A stretch of DNA of 64,000 bases, from positions 1,025,893 to 1,089,892 of the forward strand of contig CBDFKL010000006.1 of the NCBI GenBank assembly GCA_965248825.1, read 5' to 3'. A model generated the notes under the pieces. That model was not told the DNA's origin. It saw only the letters and a program-made list of their open reading frames with translations, and made no database searches. The translations under genes and the position numbers were made by a program. Below, piece by piece: positions 46,865 to 57,799 of this stretch (position 1 is its first letter; every line of letters begins with the position of its first letter). This stretch comes from Alphaproteobacteria bacterium (lineage in GTDB: Bacteria; Pseudomonadota; Alphaproteobacteria; UBA828).

Positions 46865-47781
46865 GGCAAAACCGGTATGCGCCACGCCTGGTCGACGACC
46901 AGGAACGCAAACAGGACGAACAGATAGAGGATCGAGAAGCCGAACAAGCGTCGCGCGGCCGCGGCGCTCCGGTCGACCAGGACACGGAGGGCGCCCGCCG
47001 CCAGCAGGAGACCGAGCAGGAGGGCGCCGATGCCGTAGATCACGCCGGAGGCGCCGGTGGCGCACGGGGCCAGGCTCACCGGCAGGAGGAGCAGTGAATA
47101 GGCCACGATCTGGCGGCGCGTCGCGCGATCCCCGGCGACCACCGGCAACATCGGCACGCCGGCGCGGGCGTAGTCGTCGGTGCGGACCAGCGCCAGCGCC
47201 CAGAAATGCGGCGGCGTCCAGAGGAAGATGATCGCGAACAGCGCGGCCGCGCTGAGGCTGATCTCACCGGTCGCCGCAGCCCAGCCGATCATCGGCGGAA
47301 ATGCGCCCGCGGCGCCGCCGATCACGATGTTCTGCGGCGTGCGCCGCTTCAGCCACATCGTGTAGATCACGACATAGAAGAAAATCGTGAAGGCGAGCAG
47401 ACCGGCCGCGAGCCAGTTGACCGCGAGCCCCATCAGCGCCGCCGAGCCCGCCGACATCACGATGCCGAAGCCGAGCGCAGCACTGGGCTCGACGCGTCCG
47501 GCCGGGATCGGCCGGTGACGGGTCCGCGCCATCACGGCGTCGATGTCCCGGTCATACCACATGTTGATGACCGCCGCCCCGCCTGCGCCGACCGCGATGC
47601 AGAGCACGGCGACCAGCGCGATCAAGGGGTGGATCGCGCCCGGCGCGACGACGAGGCCGACCGCGCCGGTGAACACGACGAGCGACATCACCCGCGGCTT
47701 GAGCAGCGCCACGGCATCGCGGAGCGCGACGGGCTCCGCGCGCTCCGCAACAAAAGCCGCGTTTGCAACGGGCTTGGTCAT
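46861..47781 (-). CDS. ctaB: Protoheme IX farnesyltransferase (heme O synthase)
   Basis: 306 aa UbiA-family prenyltransferase ([12 protein letters not shown]...[21 protein letters not shown]...[13 protein letters not shown]). Confidence 0.85.
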   Translation of the reverse strand: MTKPVANAAFVAERAEPVALRDAVALLKPRVMSLVVFTGAVGLVVAPGAIHPLIALVAVLCIAVGAGGAAVINMWYDRDIDAVMARTRHRPIPAGRVEPSAALGFGIVMSAGSAALMGLAVNWLAAGLLAFTIFFYVVIYTMWLKRRTPQNIVIGGAAGAFPPMIGWAAATGEISLSAAALFAIIFLWTPPHFWALALVRTDDYARAGVPMLPVVAGDRATRRQIVAYSLLLLPVSLAPCATGASGVIYGIGALLLGLLLAAGALRVLVDRSAAAARRLFGFSILYLFVLFAFLVVDQAWRIPVLP

Positions 47782-47804
47782 CGTGCCGCCCCGCCCTCGC
47801 TCGC

Positions 47805-49403
47805 CTAGCGGACCCGCGGCAGTTCCTCGTGGGTATGGAACGGCGCCGGCGACGGCACGGTCCATTCGAGAGTGCGCGCCCCCTCGCCCCACGGATTGTC
47901 GGCGCACTTCTTGCCCAGGAACAACGTGTAAAGGAGGATGTAGATGAACAACACCAGGCCCGCCGCCGAAATATAGGAGCCGATCGATGAGATCATGTTC
48001 CAGCCGGCGAAGGCGTCCGGATAGTCCGGGATGCGGCGCGGCATGCCCGAGACGCCGGAGAAGTGCATCGGGAAGAAGGTCAGGTTCACGCCGATGAAGG
48101 TGATCCAGAAGTGCAGCTTGCCGAGGACTTCCGGATATTGTCGGCCGCACATCTTGCCGATCCAGTAGTAGAACCCGCCAAAGGCCATGAACACGGCGCC
48201 CAGCGACAGCACGTAGTGGAAGTGCCCGACCACGTAGTAGGTGTCATGGAGCGCGTTATCCAGGCCGGCATTGGCGAGCACGACACCGGTCACCCCGCCC
48301 ACGGTGAACAGGAAGATGAAGCCGAAGGCCCAGAGCATGGGCGTCTTGAAGTCGATCGAGCCGCCCCACATGGTGGCGATCCAACTGAAGATCTTGATGC
48401 CGGTCGGCACCGCGATGACCATCGTCGCCCCGATGAAGTAGGCCCGGGTATCGACGTCCATGCCCACCGTGAACATGTGGTGCGCCCACACGACGAAGCC
48501 GATGAAGCCGATGGCGACCATCGCATAGGCCATCCCGAGATAGCCGAAGACCGGCTTCTTCGAGAAGGTCGAGACGATATGGCTCACGATCCCGAAGGCC
48601 GGCAGAATCAGAATGTAGACCTCCGGATGCCCGAAGAACCAGAACAGGTGCTGATAGAGGATCGGGTCGCCGCCGCCGGCCGCATCGAAGAATGCGGTGC
48701 CGAAATTACGGTCCGTGAGCAGCATCGTGATCGCGCCGGCCAGCACGGGCAGCGACAGCAGCAGCAGGAACGCGGTCACGAGCACCGACCAGACGAACAG
48801 CGGCAGCTTGTGCATGGTCATGCCCGGCGCACGCATATTGAGAATGGTGGTGATGAAATTGATGGCGCCGAGGATCGACGATGCGCCCGCCAGATGGAGC
48901 GCGAAGATGCCCAGATCCATCGCCGGGCCGGCGTGGCCCGAGGTGGAGAGCGGCGCATAGACCGTCCACCCGGCCCCGATCCCCGGCCCCGGCCCGCCAT
49001 CGAGGAACATCGAGGTGACCAGTAGCCCGCCCGACGGCACCAGCAGCCAGAAGCTGATATTGTTCATCCGTGGAAACGCCATGTCGGGCGCGCCGATCAT
49101 CAACGGCACGAACCAGTTGCCGAACCCGCCGATGAACGCGGGCATGATCATGAAGAACACCATGATCAGCCCATGGCCGGTCAGGAAGACGTTGAAGGTG
49201 TGCGAATCGGCGAAGATCTGCATGCCGGGCTCGGCCAGTTCGATCCGCATGAAGATCGAGAGCACCGCGCCGATGATGCCGAACACCACCGCATAGGTGA
49301 TGTACATCGTGCCGATGTCTTTGTGGTTGGTGGAGTAGAGCCACCGCGTGATGCCCCGCGGCATGTGATCATGCGGGGCGTGGGCGTGGGCGTGATCCGC
49401 CAT
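47805..49403 (-). CDS. ctaD: Cytochrome c oxidase subunit I
   Basis: 532 aa with all the usual CoxI signatures ([48 protein letters not shown]). Confidence 0.95.
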   Translation of the reverse strand: MADHAHAHAPHDHMPRGITRWLYSTNHKDIGTMYITYAVVFGIIGAVLSIFMRIELAEPGMQIFADSHTFNVFLTGHGLIMVFFMIMPAFIGGFGNWFVPLMIGAPDMAFPRMNNISFWLLVPSGGLLVTSMFLDGGPGPGIGAGWTVYAPLSTSGHAGPAMDLGIFALHLAGASSILGAINFITTILNMRAPGMTMHKLPLFVWSVLVTAFLLLLSLPVLAGAITMLLTDRNFGTAFFDAAGGGDPILYQHLFWFFGHPEVYILILPAFGIVSHIVSTFSKKPVFGYLGMAYAMVAIGFIGFVVWAHHMFTVGMDVDTRAYFIGATMVIAVPTGIKIFSWIATMWGGSIDFKTPMLWAFGFIFLFTVGGVTGVVLANAGLDNALHDTYYVVGHFHYVLSLGAVFMAFGGFYYWIGKMCGRQYPEVLGKLHFWITFIGVNLTFFPMHFSGVSGMPRRIPDYPDAFAGWNMISSIGSYISAAGLVLFIYILLYTLFLGKKCADNPWGEGARTLEWTVPSPAPFHTHEELPRVR

Positions 49404-49418
49404 GGCCTCTCTCCTCCC

Positions 49419-50270
49419 TCAGCGCGCCGCCGGCGCGTCGCCGGCGAGTGCCGCAACCGCCGACAGGGGCTCCTCGGCGGACGCGAATTCCTCTTTCGCC
49501 GTATCCACCCAGGCGTCAAAGGCCTCCTGCGAGACGGCTTCGATCTTGATCGGCATGAAGCCGTGCAGCGTGCCGCAGAGCTCCGAACATTGACCGTAAT
49601 AGGTGCCCTCCCGGTTGATCTGGAACCAGGTTTCGTTGACCCGGCCGGGCACGGAATCGAGCTTGACACCGAGCGCGGGTACCGCCCAGGAGTGGATCAC
49701 GTCGTCGGCCGTGGTCAGGAGCCTGATCGTGGCGCCCGCCGGCAGAACGACCGGGGTGTCGGTCTCCAACAGCCGAAGCTGCCCCTCCTCGAGCTCGTCT
49801 TCGTCGAGCATCACCGCGTCGAAGGTGAAGTCGCCGTGATCCGGATACTCGTACGACCAGTACCATTGGTGACCGATCGCCTTGAGCGTCATGTCGGCAT
49901 CCTCGACGCGGTCGGTAAAGTAGAGCAGCCGGAACGAGGGGACGACGATGATCAGAAGAATGATCACCGGCACGATGGTCCAAGCCACCTCAAGCAGGGT
50001 GTTGTGGGTCGTCTTGCTGGGCGTCGGGTTGCGCTTGGCATTGTAGCGGATCACGATCCACGCCATCAGGCCGAACACGAAGGCCGTGATCAGCACGATG
50101 ATGATCGTCACCATGACGTTGAAATCGACGATTCGCTCCATGGAGGGCGACAGCGCGGTCTGGAAATCGACCTCCCAATCGCTGGGCGCCTGCGCCAGCG
50201 CCGATCCGGCAGCGCCGAGGAAGCCGGCGACGCCGGCCACCAATGCGCCCAATTTCGTGAGATGCCTCAC
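49419..50270 (-). CDS. ctaC: Cytochrome c oxidase subunit II
   Basis: Signal peptide, two TM helices, CuA site (HSWAVPALGVKLDSVPGRVNETWFQINREGTYYGQCSELCGTLHGFMP). Confidence 0.9.
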   Translation of the reverse strand: MRHLTKLGALVAGVAGFLGAAGSALAQAPSDWEVDFQTALSPSMERIVDFNVMVTIIIVLITAFVFGLMAWIVIRYNAKRNPTPSKTTHNTLLEVAWTIVPVIILLIIVVPSFRLLYFTDRVEDADMTLKAIGHQWYWSYEYPDHGDFTFDAVMLDEDELEEGQLRLLETDTPVVLPAGATIRLLTTADDVIHSWAVPALGVKLDSVPGRVNETWFQINREGTYYGQCSELCGTLHGFMPIKIEAVSQEAFDAWVDTAKEEFASAEEPLSAVAALAGDAPAAR

Positions 50271-50566
50271 TCCGGATCCTCCACGCGCTCATCGGAAATC
50301 GTTCGGCCGGCCGCCGCCGTGCCCATGCCCGAACTATAGGCGGATCAAGCCCCTCGCGCGAGACGCTCCAGCGCGCCCACCGGCACGTGGCTCGCCGCAC
50401 GCGAGACGGGGCAGGGTCCTAGCATGCACCCCGTTGTTTTTGAAGCCCCTCGTTGACCGTGCCCGACGGAATCGCGGATCCTTAGCGCGCCGATGCGTAG
50501 CGATTTGCCGCGCGCGGCACCATATGCTCCGTTAGCGGCGGCGCGAACCGACCGCGGGAGGACCCG

Positions 50567-52000
50567 ATGAGCCATCAGACGATCACGGACGAGCTCTTTT
50601 TCGATCGCGCCGGCCTCGACCGGCCGCGCACCGAAGGGCTTGTGGGTGACGCCCTGCGGGGCACCGACGACGGCGAGCTGTTCCTCGAATACCGCCAGAG
50701 CGAGAGCTTCTCGCTCGACGACGGCCGCCTCAAGAGCGCGACCTTCGACACCAGCCAGGGGTTCGGCCTCCGTGCCGTGATCGGCGAGAGGAGCGCCTAC
50801 GCCCATGCCAGCGAACTCAGCGAGGACGCGCTGAAGAGGGCCGGCGAGACCGTCCGCGCGGTTCGGCGGGGTCACGGTGGAACCCGGGCCGAGGGGCCGT
50901 CGAAGACCGACCGATCACTCTACGCCAGCGACAATCCGCTCGATGCGACGCCCTTCGAGGCCAAGGTCTCGGTGCTGACGGAGATCGATGCCTATGCGAG
51001 AGCGAAAGATCCGCGGGTGCGCCAGGTGATGGCGTCTCTGCTCGGCGCGTGGCAGGCGGTGCAGATCGTCCGCGCCGACGGCAGCCGCGCCTTCGACGTG
51101 CGCCCGCTCGTGCGCCTCAACGTCGCGGTCATGGTCGGCGAGGGTACGCGCCAGGAGACCGGCTCCCACGGGGTCGGCGGGCGGGTCGCCTATGCCGAGT
51201 TCCTGGCGCCCGCGCGCTGGCAGGCGCAGGTCGACGAGGCGCTCCGCCAGGCGTTGATCAATCTCGACTCGGTCGCCGCACCCGCCGGCGAGATGCCGGT
51301 TGTACTCGGCCCGGGCTGGCCCGGCATCCTGCTCCATGAGGCGATCGGCCACGGCCTGGAGGGCGATTTCAACCGCAAGAAGACCAGCGCGTTCTCCGGC
51401 CTGCTCGGCGAGCGGGTCGCGGCGCCGGGCGTCACCGTGGTCGACGACGGGACCATCGAGCGGCGGCGCGGCTCGCTCACGGTCGACGACGAGGGAACGC
51501 CGACCGACCGCACGGTGCTGATCGAGGACGGCATCCTCCGCGGCTATCTTCAGGACCGCATGAACGCGCGCCTGATGGGCATGGAGCCGACCGGCAACGG
51601 ACGGCGCGAGAGCTTTGCCCACGTGCCCATGCCGCGCATGACCAATACCTTCATGCTGGACGGCGACAGCGAGCCGGAAGAGATCATGCGCCGGGTCAAG
51701 AGGGGCATCTACGCCAAGAATTTCGGCGGCGGCCAAGTCGACATTACCTCCGGCAAGTTCGTGTTTTCGGCCGCCGAGGCCTATCTGATCGAGGACGGCA
51801 AGACGACCGCGCCGCTCAAGGGCGCGAGTCTGATCGGCAACGGCCCGGACGTGCTCACCAGGGTCGCGGCGATCGGCAATGACTTCGCCCTCGATCCCGG
51901 GATCGGCACCTGCAGCAAGAACGGCCAGGGCGTGCCGGTCGGCGTCGGCCTGCCCACGCTGCTCGTCGATCCGATCATCGTCGGCGGCACCGAAGCCTGA
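50567..52000 (+). CDS. tldD: Metalloprotease TldD
   Basis: 477 aa. GPGWPGILLHEAIGHGLEGDFN (HExxxH site) and C-terminal GTCSKNGQGVPVGVGLPTLLV. Confidence 0.9.
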   Translation: MSHQTITDELFFDRAGLDRPRTEGLVGDALRGTDDGELFLEYRQSESFSLDDGRLKSATFDTSQGFGLRAVIGERSAYAHASELSEDALKRAGETVRAVRRGHGGTRAEGPSKTDRSLYASDNPLDATPFEAKVSVLTEIDAYARAKDPRVRQVMASLLGAWQAVQIVRADGSRAFDVRPLVRLNVAVMVGEGTRQETGSHGVGGRVAYAEFLAPARWQAQVDEALRQALINLDSVAAPAGEMPVVLGPGWPGILLHEAIGHGLEGDFNRKKTSAFSGLLGERVAAPGVTVVDDGTIERRRGSLTVDDEGTPTDRTVLIEDGILRGYLQDRMNARLMGMEPTGNGRRESFAHVPMPRMTNTFMLDGDSEPEEIMRRVKRGIYAKNFGGGQVDITSGKFVFSAAEAYLIEDGKTTAPLKGASLIGNGPDVLTRVAAIGNDFALDPGIGTCSKNGQGVPVGVGLPTLLVDPIIVGGTEA

Positions 52001-52093
52001 CCGATCACCGGCGCACGCGCTTCCCCAGCGCTTGCATGATCCGGCCGTTCAGGCTCGACGAACCCGGCGCTGCCGCGTTGCTCGGCAACGTCA

Positions 52094-52122
52094 TTGACTC
52101 ATTTTTCAGGCGCGGCAATAAT
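52094..52122 (+). promoter_or_regulatory. Sigma-70-like promoter for the rpsM operon (TTGACT - 17 nt - AATAAT)
   Basis: Near-consensus -35 with a 17-nt spacer and an A/T-rich -10, located about 70 nt upstream of the rpsM start in an otherwise GC-rich spacer. Confidence 0.4.
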
Positions 52123-52191
52123 CCGGCCGCCGTTCAAGACGCGCGGCGGGGTGCCCGCTGCGCGCTCTTTTCTCTATGAGGAGGCTTGAAT

Positions 52192-52560
52192 TTGGCTCGC
52201 ATCGCCGGCGTCAACATCCCGACCAACAAGCGGGTCGAGATCGCGCTCACATATATCCACGGAATCGGGCGCACCAAGGCCAGGCAAATCCGCGAGACGG
52301 TCGGGCTGCCGCGCGAAAAGCGCGTAAACCAGCTCAGCGACGCCGAAGTCATCCGCATCCGCGAAGTGATCGACCAGGACCATATGGTCGAGGGCGACCT
52401 GCGCCGCGAGGTTGCGATGAACATCAAGCGGCTGATGGATCTGGGGACCTATCGGGGTCTCAGGCATCGCCGTGGCCTGCCGGTGCGCGGTCAGCGGACC
52501 CATACCAACGCACGCACCCGCAAGGGGCCCGCCCGCCCGATCGCGGGCAGGAAGAAGTAG
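52192..52560 (+). CDS. rpsM: 30S ribosomal protein S13
   Basis: [26 protein letters not shown]... from a TTG start 7 nt after a GAGGAGG ribosome-binding site. The track's longer ORF starts at an upstream TTG that sits too close to the ribosome-binding site. Confidence 0.9.
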   Translation: MARIAGVNIPTNKRVEIALTYIHGIGRTKARQIRETVGLPREKRVNQLSDAEVIRIREVIDQDHMVEGDLRREVAMNIKRLMDLGTYRGLRHRRGLPVRGQRTHTNARTRKGPARPIAGRKK

Positions 52561-52572
52561 AGGTCGTCGACG

Positions 52573-52959
52573 ATGGCGAAGCCGACACGGACCAAGCGTC
52601 GCGAGCGGAAGAACATCTCCTCGGGGATCGCGCATGTCAGCGCCACGTTCAACAGCACGATGATTACCATCACCGACGTACAGGGCAACGCGATCGCCTG
52701 GTCGTCGGCCGGAAGCATGGGCTTTCGCGGCTCGCGCAAATCGACGCCCTACGCGGCCCAGATGGCGGCCGAGGAAGCCGGCCGCAAGGCAGCCGAGCAC
52801 GGCGTCAAGTCTCTCGAGGTCGAGGTCAAGGGCCCCGGGTCCGGGCGCGAATCGGCGCTGCGCGCGCTCCAGAGCGCGGGTTTCGTCATCACGGCGATCC
52901 GCGACGTCACGCCGATCCCGCACAATGGATGCCGGCCGCCGAAGCGACGGCGCGTCTAA
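52573..52959 (+). CDS. rpsK: 30S ribosomal protein S11
   Basis: [46 protein letters not shown], 128 aa. Confidence 0.95.
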   Translation: MAKPTRTKRRERKNISSGIAHVSATFNSTMITITDVQGNAIAWSSAGSMGFRGSRKSTPYAAQMAAEEAGRKAAEHGVKSLEVEVKGPGSGRESALRALQSAGFVITAIRDVTPIPHNGCRPPKRRRV

Positions 52960-53040
52960 CGATCGTCTCCCGTCGCGCGGCGGCATCCCGCCGCGCTCAT
53001 GACCGAGCGAACAACCCAATCACACGGGGTGGTCAGCGTT

Positions 53041-54054
53041 ATGCAGAAGAATTGGCAGGAACTCATCAAGCCGTTGAAACTTGAGGTGACGCCCGAGGGG
53101 GACGGCACCCGCCATGCCCGCATCGTCGCCGAGCCGCTCGAGCGCGGCTTCGGCTTGACTCTCGGCAACGCGCTCAGGCGCATCCTGTTGTCGTCCTTGC
53201 AGGGGGCGGCGGTCACGTCGATCCAGATCAACGGCGTGCTGCACGAATTCTCCTCGCTCCAAGGGGTGCGCGAGGACATCACCGACATCGTGCTCAACAT
53301 CAAGCTGCTCGCGCTCCGTATGCACGGCGAAGGGCCGAAACGAATGACCCTGACCGCCTCCGGCCCGGGCGAAGTGACGGCGGCACAGATCGAGGCCGGC
53401 CACGGCATCGAGATCATCGATCCGAGCGTCGTCATCTGCACGCTCGACGAGAAAGCCGCGGTCAATATGGAGTTTACGGTCCAGACCGGCAAAGGCTACG
53501 TCGCCGCCTCGCAGAACCGGCCCGAGGATGCGCCGATCGGCCTCGTCCCGGTCGATGCGCTCTATAGTCCGGTCAGGAAAGTCGCCTACAAGGTCGAGAA
53601 CACCCGCGTCGGCCAGGTGACCGACTTTGACAAGCTCACCATGCGGATCGAGACCGATGGGACCGTGGCACCTGAGGATGCCGTCGCGCTCGCTGCACGC
53701 ATCCTCCAGGACCAGCTTCAGCTCTTCATCAATTTCGAAGAGCCGCGCGAGCTGCCGAGCCGCGAGGAAGCAGTCGAGCCCGAGTTCAACCCGAATCTGC
53801 TGCGCAAGGTCGATGAGCTGGAGCTGTCGGTCCGTTCGGCCAACTGCCTCAAGAACGACAACATCATCTATATCGGCGACCTCGTTCAACACTCCGAAGC
53901 CGAGATGCTGCGGACGCCCAATTTTGGGCGCAAATCGCTCAACGAAATCAAGGAAGTGCTCGCCGGGATGGGACTCCATCTCGGCATGGAAATCATCGAC
54001 TGGCCGCCCGAGAACATCGAGGAGCTGGCCAAGAGGCTCGACGAGCCCTACTAG
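53041..54054 (+). CDS. rpoA: DNA-directed RNA polymerase subunit alpha
   Basis: [12 protein letters not shown]-terminus and C-terminal alpha-CTD ([44 protein letters not shown]). 337 aa. Confidence 0.95.
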   Translation: MQKNWQELIKPLKLEVTPEGDGTRHARIVAEPLERGFGLTLGNALRRILLSSLQGAAVTSIQINGVLHEFSSLQGVREDITDIVLNIKLLALRMHGEGPKRMTLTASGPGEVTAAQIEAGHGIEIIDPSVVICTLDEKAAVNMEFTVQTGKGYVAASQNRPEDAPIGLVPVDALYSPVRKVAYKVENTRVGQVTDFDKLTMRIETDGTVAPEDAVALAARILQDQLQLFINFEEPRELPSREEAVEPEFNPNLLRKVDELELSVRSANCLKNDNIIYIGDLVQHSEAEMLRTPNFGRKSLNEIKEVLAGMGLHLGMEIIDWPPENIEELAKRLDEPY

Positions 54055-54094
54055 CCGACGGGCCGGCTTCGAGGGCCTGCGGAGGAGAGAGGTC

Positions 54095-54532
54095 ATGCGT
54101 CATCGCCACAGCGGACGCAAGCTGAACCGGACGTCGAGCCATCGCCGAGCGATGTTCCGCAACATGGCGGCCTCGCTGCTCAAGCACGAGCAGATCGAGA
54201 CCACGCTTCCCAAGGCCAAGGCCTTGCGCGGCGTCGTCGAGCGGATGATCACGCTCGGCAAGCGCGGCGACCTTCACGCCCGCAGGCAGGCGCTCGGCTA
54301 TCTCAGCGATGAAACGGTGGTGCGCAAGCTGTTCGACACGCTCGGCCCCCGCTATGCCGAGCGCCCGGGCGGCTATACCCGCGTGCTGAAGGCCGGCTTC
54401 CGTTACGGCGATTCGGCACCGATGGCGGTCATCGAGCTGGTCGAGCGGGACGAGGACGAAAAGGGCAAGGATTCGGGTCCGGTTCCGAGCGACGACGACG
54501 CCGACGAGGCCGAAGAGACCGAGGCGGCGTAG
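54095..54532 (+). CDS. rplQ: 50S ribosomal protein L17
   Basis: [57 protein letters not shown] ribosome-binding site upstream. Confidence 0.9.
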   Translation: MRHRHSGRKLNRTSSHRRAMFRNMAASLLKHEQIETTLPKAKALRGVVERMITLGKRGDLHARRQALGYLSDETVVRKLFDTLGPRYAERPGGYTRVLKAGFRYGDSAPMAVIELVERDEDEKGKDSGPVPSDDDADEAEETEAA

Positions 54533-54553
54533 CCGACCGCTTCGGACCCCCGC

Positions 54554-55186
54554 TCAGTTCGGAAACGCCTGCTTCAGCTCGGCGACCTGATGGTCCGTGA
54601 GCAGCCGCACCGGCGCGCCGCGCAGCAGCAGGTGCAGCTTCGCCGTCTCTTCCAGCTCCTCCGCGGCATAGACCGCCGCGTCGAGCGCTTTGCCGGCCAC
54701 CACGGGGCCGTGATTGGCGAGCAGCACGGCGTGATGGGCGCGCGCGAAGCCGCGCACCGCCTCCGCGAGGGCGTGATCGCCGGGCCGGTAATAGGGAACC
54801 AGCGGCAGCCGGCCGACCCGCATCACGTAATAGGCGGTGATCGGCGGCAACACATCCTCGGGATCGACATCCGCGAGACAGGAGACCGCGACCGAGTGGG
54901 TGCTGTGCAGGTGCACGATGGCGCGCGCATCCGGTCGCGCCTGGTACATCGCACGATGGAGGAACGCCTCCTTCGAGGGCGGGTCGCCGGAGAGCGCGGC
55001 GCCGTCTGGCCCGAGCTTCGCGATCTGCCCGGGGTCGAGCCGGCCGAGGCAGGAATTGGTCGGCGTGACAAGAAGCCCGTCGTCGAGCATCACGCTGATA
55101 TTGCCCGAGGCGCCACAGCCATAGCCGCGCGCAAACAGGGATTCGCCATGGCGCGCGATCCGCTCGCGCAGCGCCGTCTCGCTCAC
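54554..55186 (-). CDS. Class II aldolase/adducin family protein, 3-oxo-tetronate-4-phosphate decarboxylase (OtnC)-like
   Basis: GNISVML...LVTPTNSCLGRL...HLHSTHSVAV...ANHGPVVAGK metal-binding His pattern. GTG start overlaps the upstream kinase stop (GTGA). The track's upstream ATG would overlap the kinase by 100 nt. Confidence 0.65.
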   Translation of the reverse strand: MSETALRERIARHGESLFARGYGCGASGNISVMLDDGLLVTPTNSCLGRLDPGQIAKLGPDGAALSGDPPSKEAFLHRAMYQARPDARAIVHLHSTHSVAVSCLADVDPEDVLPPITAYYVMRVGRLPLVPYYRPGDHALAEAVRGFARAHHAVLLANHGPVVAGKALDAAVYAAEELEETAKLHLLLRGAPVRLLTDHQVAELKQAFPN

Positions 55187-56481
55187 CCGAGAACCGCGAA
55201 AGACTTGGTGAAGAAGTCGGGTCCGCCGAAATTGCCGGACTTGAGCGCGAGGTGGAGCCGGGGCGTGCCGACGCTCATCGTCCACGGCACACCCGGGTCG
55301 ATCTCGCGCCCGATGCGGAGAGCCTCGATGCCGAGAGCGCCGACCACGGCGCCCGCGGTCTCGCCGCCGGCCACGATCAGGCGCCCGACGCCGGCATCGA
55401 CCAGGCCTGCGGCGACGCGCGCCAGGCAGCGCTCGATCAGGGCGCCGGCTTTTTCAACGCCAAGCTGCTTTTGAATTCGCTTGACCCGCCGCGGCTCCGC
55501 GCTGGCGTAGATCAACACCGGCCCGTCGGCGAGAAGCGGTTTTGCCCAGGCGAGCGCCCGGGCAGCGACGTTTTTGCGGGCGGCGAGGGCCTCAGCATCG
55601 ACGAAGAACGCCGGACACCGCGCGCGCATGCGCTCGATTTGCCCGAGGGTGGCCTCCGAACAGCTCCCGGCGATCACCGCCGCGTGGCCCGAAGCGGCGG
55701 GCAGGGCGGCCGCTTGCGTGGTCGCCGCGAGCAACCCGCCCTTCCGGTAATTGGCCGGCAGCCCCATCGCGACGCCGGAGCCGCCGGTGATCAAGGGCAG
55801 CGCGGCACAGGCCGCGCCGATCGCGGTCAGGTCCTTGTCGGCGATGGCGTCGACGATCACATGGCGCGTGCCCGCATCGCGCAGCGCATCGAGCGCGCGG
55901 CGGATCGCCGCGGCCCCCTTGCGCACGGTCTCGTGCCCGACCAGCCCGACGTCATGCGGCGTCTGGGCGCCGAGCACCTTGACGAGATCGGAATCCCGCA
56001 TCGGCGTGAGCGGGTGGTTACGCATGCCGGATTTCTCGAGCAGCACGTCGCCGACGAACAAGTGGCCCTTGTAGACGGTCCGTCCGTTGGTCGGGAAGGC
56101 CGGGCAGGCGATGGTCACATCGCCGTCGAGATCGTCGAGCAGCGCGTCGGCGACCGGCCCGATATTGCCGCGACTCGTCGAATCGAAGGTCGAGCAGTAT
56201 TTGAAGAAGATCTGCCGCGCGCCACAGCGCCTGAGCCAGTCGAGCGCCGCCCGGGAATCGCGCACCGCTCTTGCCGGCGCGATCGTGCGTGACTTGAGCG
56301 CGACCACCACGGCGTCGGCATCGGGGGCGGCGGTCTTCACGCGCGGAACGTCGATCACCTGGACGGTGCGCATGCCTTGCGCGACCAGGGTGTTGCAGAG
56401 GTCGGTCGCGCCCGTGAGGTCGTCGGCGAGCGCGCCGAGCAGGAGGCCTGCGGAGCCGCGCCCCGCGCCGCGCGGCGCCAT
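55183..56481 (-). CDS. Four-carbon acid sugar kinase family protein (DUF1537/DUF2257; OtnK/DtnK-like)
   Basis: N-terminal LADDLTGATDL (DUF1537 signature) and C-terminal nucleotide-binding domain (LIVAGGETAGAVV..LGI). 432 aa. Starts 2 nt after the gcdH stop. Confidence 0.7.
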   Translation of the reverse strand: MAPRGAGRGSAGLLLGALADDLTGATDLCNTLVAQGMRTVQVIDVPRVKTAAPDADAVVVALKSRTIAPARAVRDSRAALDWLRRCGARQIFFKYCSTFDSTSRGNIGPVADALLDDLDGDVTIACPAFPTNGRTVYKGHLFVGDVLLEKSGMRNHPLTPMRDSDLVKVLGAQTPHDVGLVGHETVRKGAAAIRRALDALRDAGTRHVIVDAIADKDLTAIGAACAALPLITGGSGVAMGLPANYRKGGLLAATTQAAALPAASGHAAVIAGSCSEATLGQIERMRARCPAFFVDAEALAARKNVAARALAWAKPLLADGPVLIYASAEPRRVKRIQKQLGVEKAGALIERCLARVAAGLVDAGVGRLIVAGGETAGAVVGALGIEALRIGREIDPGVPWTMSVGTPRLHLALKSGNFGGPDFFTKSFAVLG

Positions 56482-56483
56482 CC

Positions 56484-57698
56484 TCAGGCGAATGCCTGGA
56501 TGCCGGTTTGGGCCCGGCCCAGGATCAACGCATGGACGTCGTGCGTGCCTTCATAGGTGTTGACCGCTTCGAGATTCATGACGTGGCGGATCACGTGATA
56601 CTCGTCGCTGATCCCGTTGCCGCCATGCATGTCGCGGGCCATGCGGGCGATCTCGATCGCCTTGCCGCATGAGTTGCGCTTGATCAGCGAGATCATCTCG
56701 GGCATCGCGCGCCCCTCATCGAAGAGCCGGCCGACGCGGATGCTGGCTTGCAGGCCGATCGCAATCTCGGTCTGCATATCGGCGAGCTTCTTCTGGATGA
56801 GCTGGTTGGCCGCGAGCGGCTTGCCGAACTGCTTGCGCTCGAGCGTGTAGTCACGGGCGGCGCGCCAGCAGAACTCCGCGGCGCCGAGCGCCCCCCAGGC
56901 GATGCCGAAGCGCGCCCGGTTGAGGCACCGGAACGGGCCCGAGAGCCCGCTCGCACCGGGAAGCTCGTTTTCCGCCGGCACGAACACCTCGTCCATCTGA
57001 ATCATCCCGGTCACCGAGGCGCGCAGTGAGAATTTGCCCGCGATCTTGGGCGCGGCGAGGCCCTTCATCCCCCTTTCGAGCAGGTAGCCGCGGATCGTGC
57101 CCTGGTCGTTTTTTGCCCACACCACGAAGACATCGGCGATCGGAGAATTGGTAATCCAATTCTTCGCGCCGGAAACCAGAAAGCCGCCATCGACCGACCG
57201 CGCCCGGGTCACCATGCCGCCCGGGTCGGACCCGAAGTCGGGCTCGGTCAGGCCGAAGCAACCGATCGCCTCGCCGGTCGCGAGGCGGGGCAGCCAGCTC
57301 TTCTTCTGCGCCTCGGTGCCGTAAGCCTCGATCGGATACATCACGAGGCTCGACTGGACGCTCATCGCCGAGCGATAGCCGGAATCGACCGCCTCCACCT
57401 CCCGCGCGGCGAGGCCATAAGAGACATAGTTGACACCGGCGCAGCCATAGCCCTGGATGGTCGAGCCCAACAGGCCGAGCGCGCCCATTTCGTTCATGAT
57501 CTCGCGGTCGAAGCGCTCGTGCCGATTCGCCTCGAGAATGCGCGGCATCAGCTTCTCTTGGGCATAGCCGCGCGCCGTGTCCCGCACCAACCGCTCGTCC
57601 TCGCCGAGCTGATCGTCGAGCAGGAACGGGTCGTCCCACTGGAAGGTCGGCTGCGCATGGTGAGACGCGGCCTTGGCGGCCGCCGCGGTTTGGCTCAT
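56484..57698 (-). CDS. gcdH: Glutaryl-CoA dehydrogenase-like acyl-CoA dehydrogenase
   Basis: 404 aa acyl-CoA dehydrogenase with a GcdH-like pattern ([28 protein letters not shown]...[50 protein letters not shown]. .[26 protein letters not shown]). GGGAGGG ribosome-binding site before the ATG. Confidence 0.85.
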   Translation of the reverse strand: MSQTAAAAKAASHHAQPTFQWDDPFLLDDQLGEDERLVRDTARGYAQEKLMPRILEANRHERFDREIMNEMGALGLLGSTIQGYGCAGVNYVSYGLAAREVEAVDSGYRSAMSVQSSLVMYPIEAYGTEAQKKSWLPRLATGEAIGCFGLTEPDFGSDPGGMVTRARSVDGGFLVSGAKNWITNSPIADVFVVWAKNDQGTIRGYLLERGMKGLAAPKIAGKFSLRASVTGMIQMDEVFVPAENELPGASGLSGPFRCLNRARFGIAWGALGAAEFCWRAARDYTLERKQFGKPLAANQLIQKKLADMQTEIAIGLQASIRVGRLFDEGRAMPEMISLIKRNSCGKAIEIARMARDMHGGNGISDEYHVIRHVMNLEAVNTYEGTHDVHALILGRAQTGIQAFA

Positions 57699-57799
57699 GA
57701 TTCCCTCCCGGACGACGCGCTGTTCTAGCATTCGGGCCGGAGAGCACCAAGCCCGCGCCGGCTCGGCCATGATTCTGCGATCTCCGAGAGGCTCTGCCG

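Noticed and set aside
52018-52034. Weak hairpin GCGCT-TCCCC-AGCGC after tldD as an intrinsic terminator
   Set aside because: Only a 5-bp stem and no U-tract. Not enough to annotate it as a feature.
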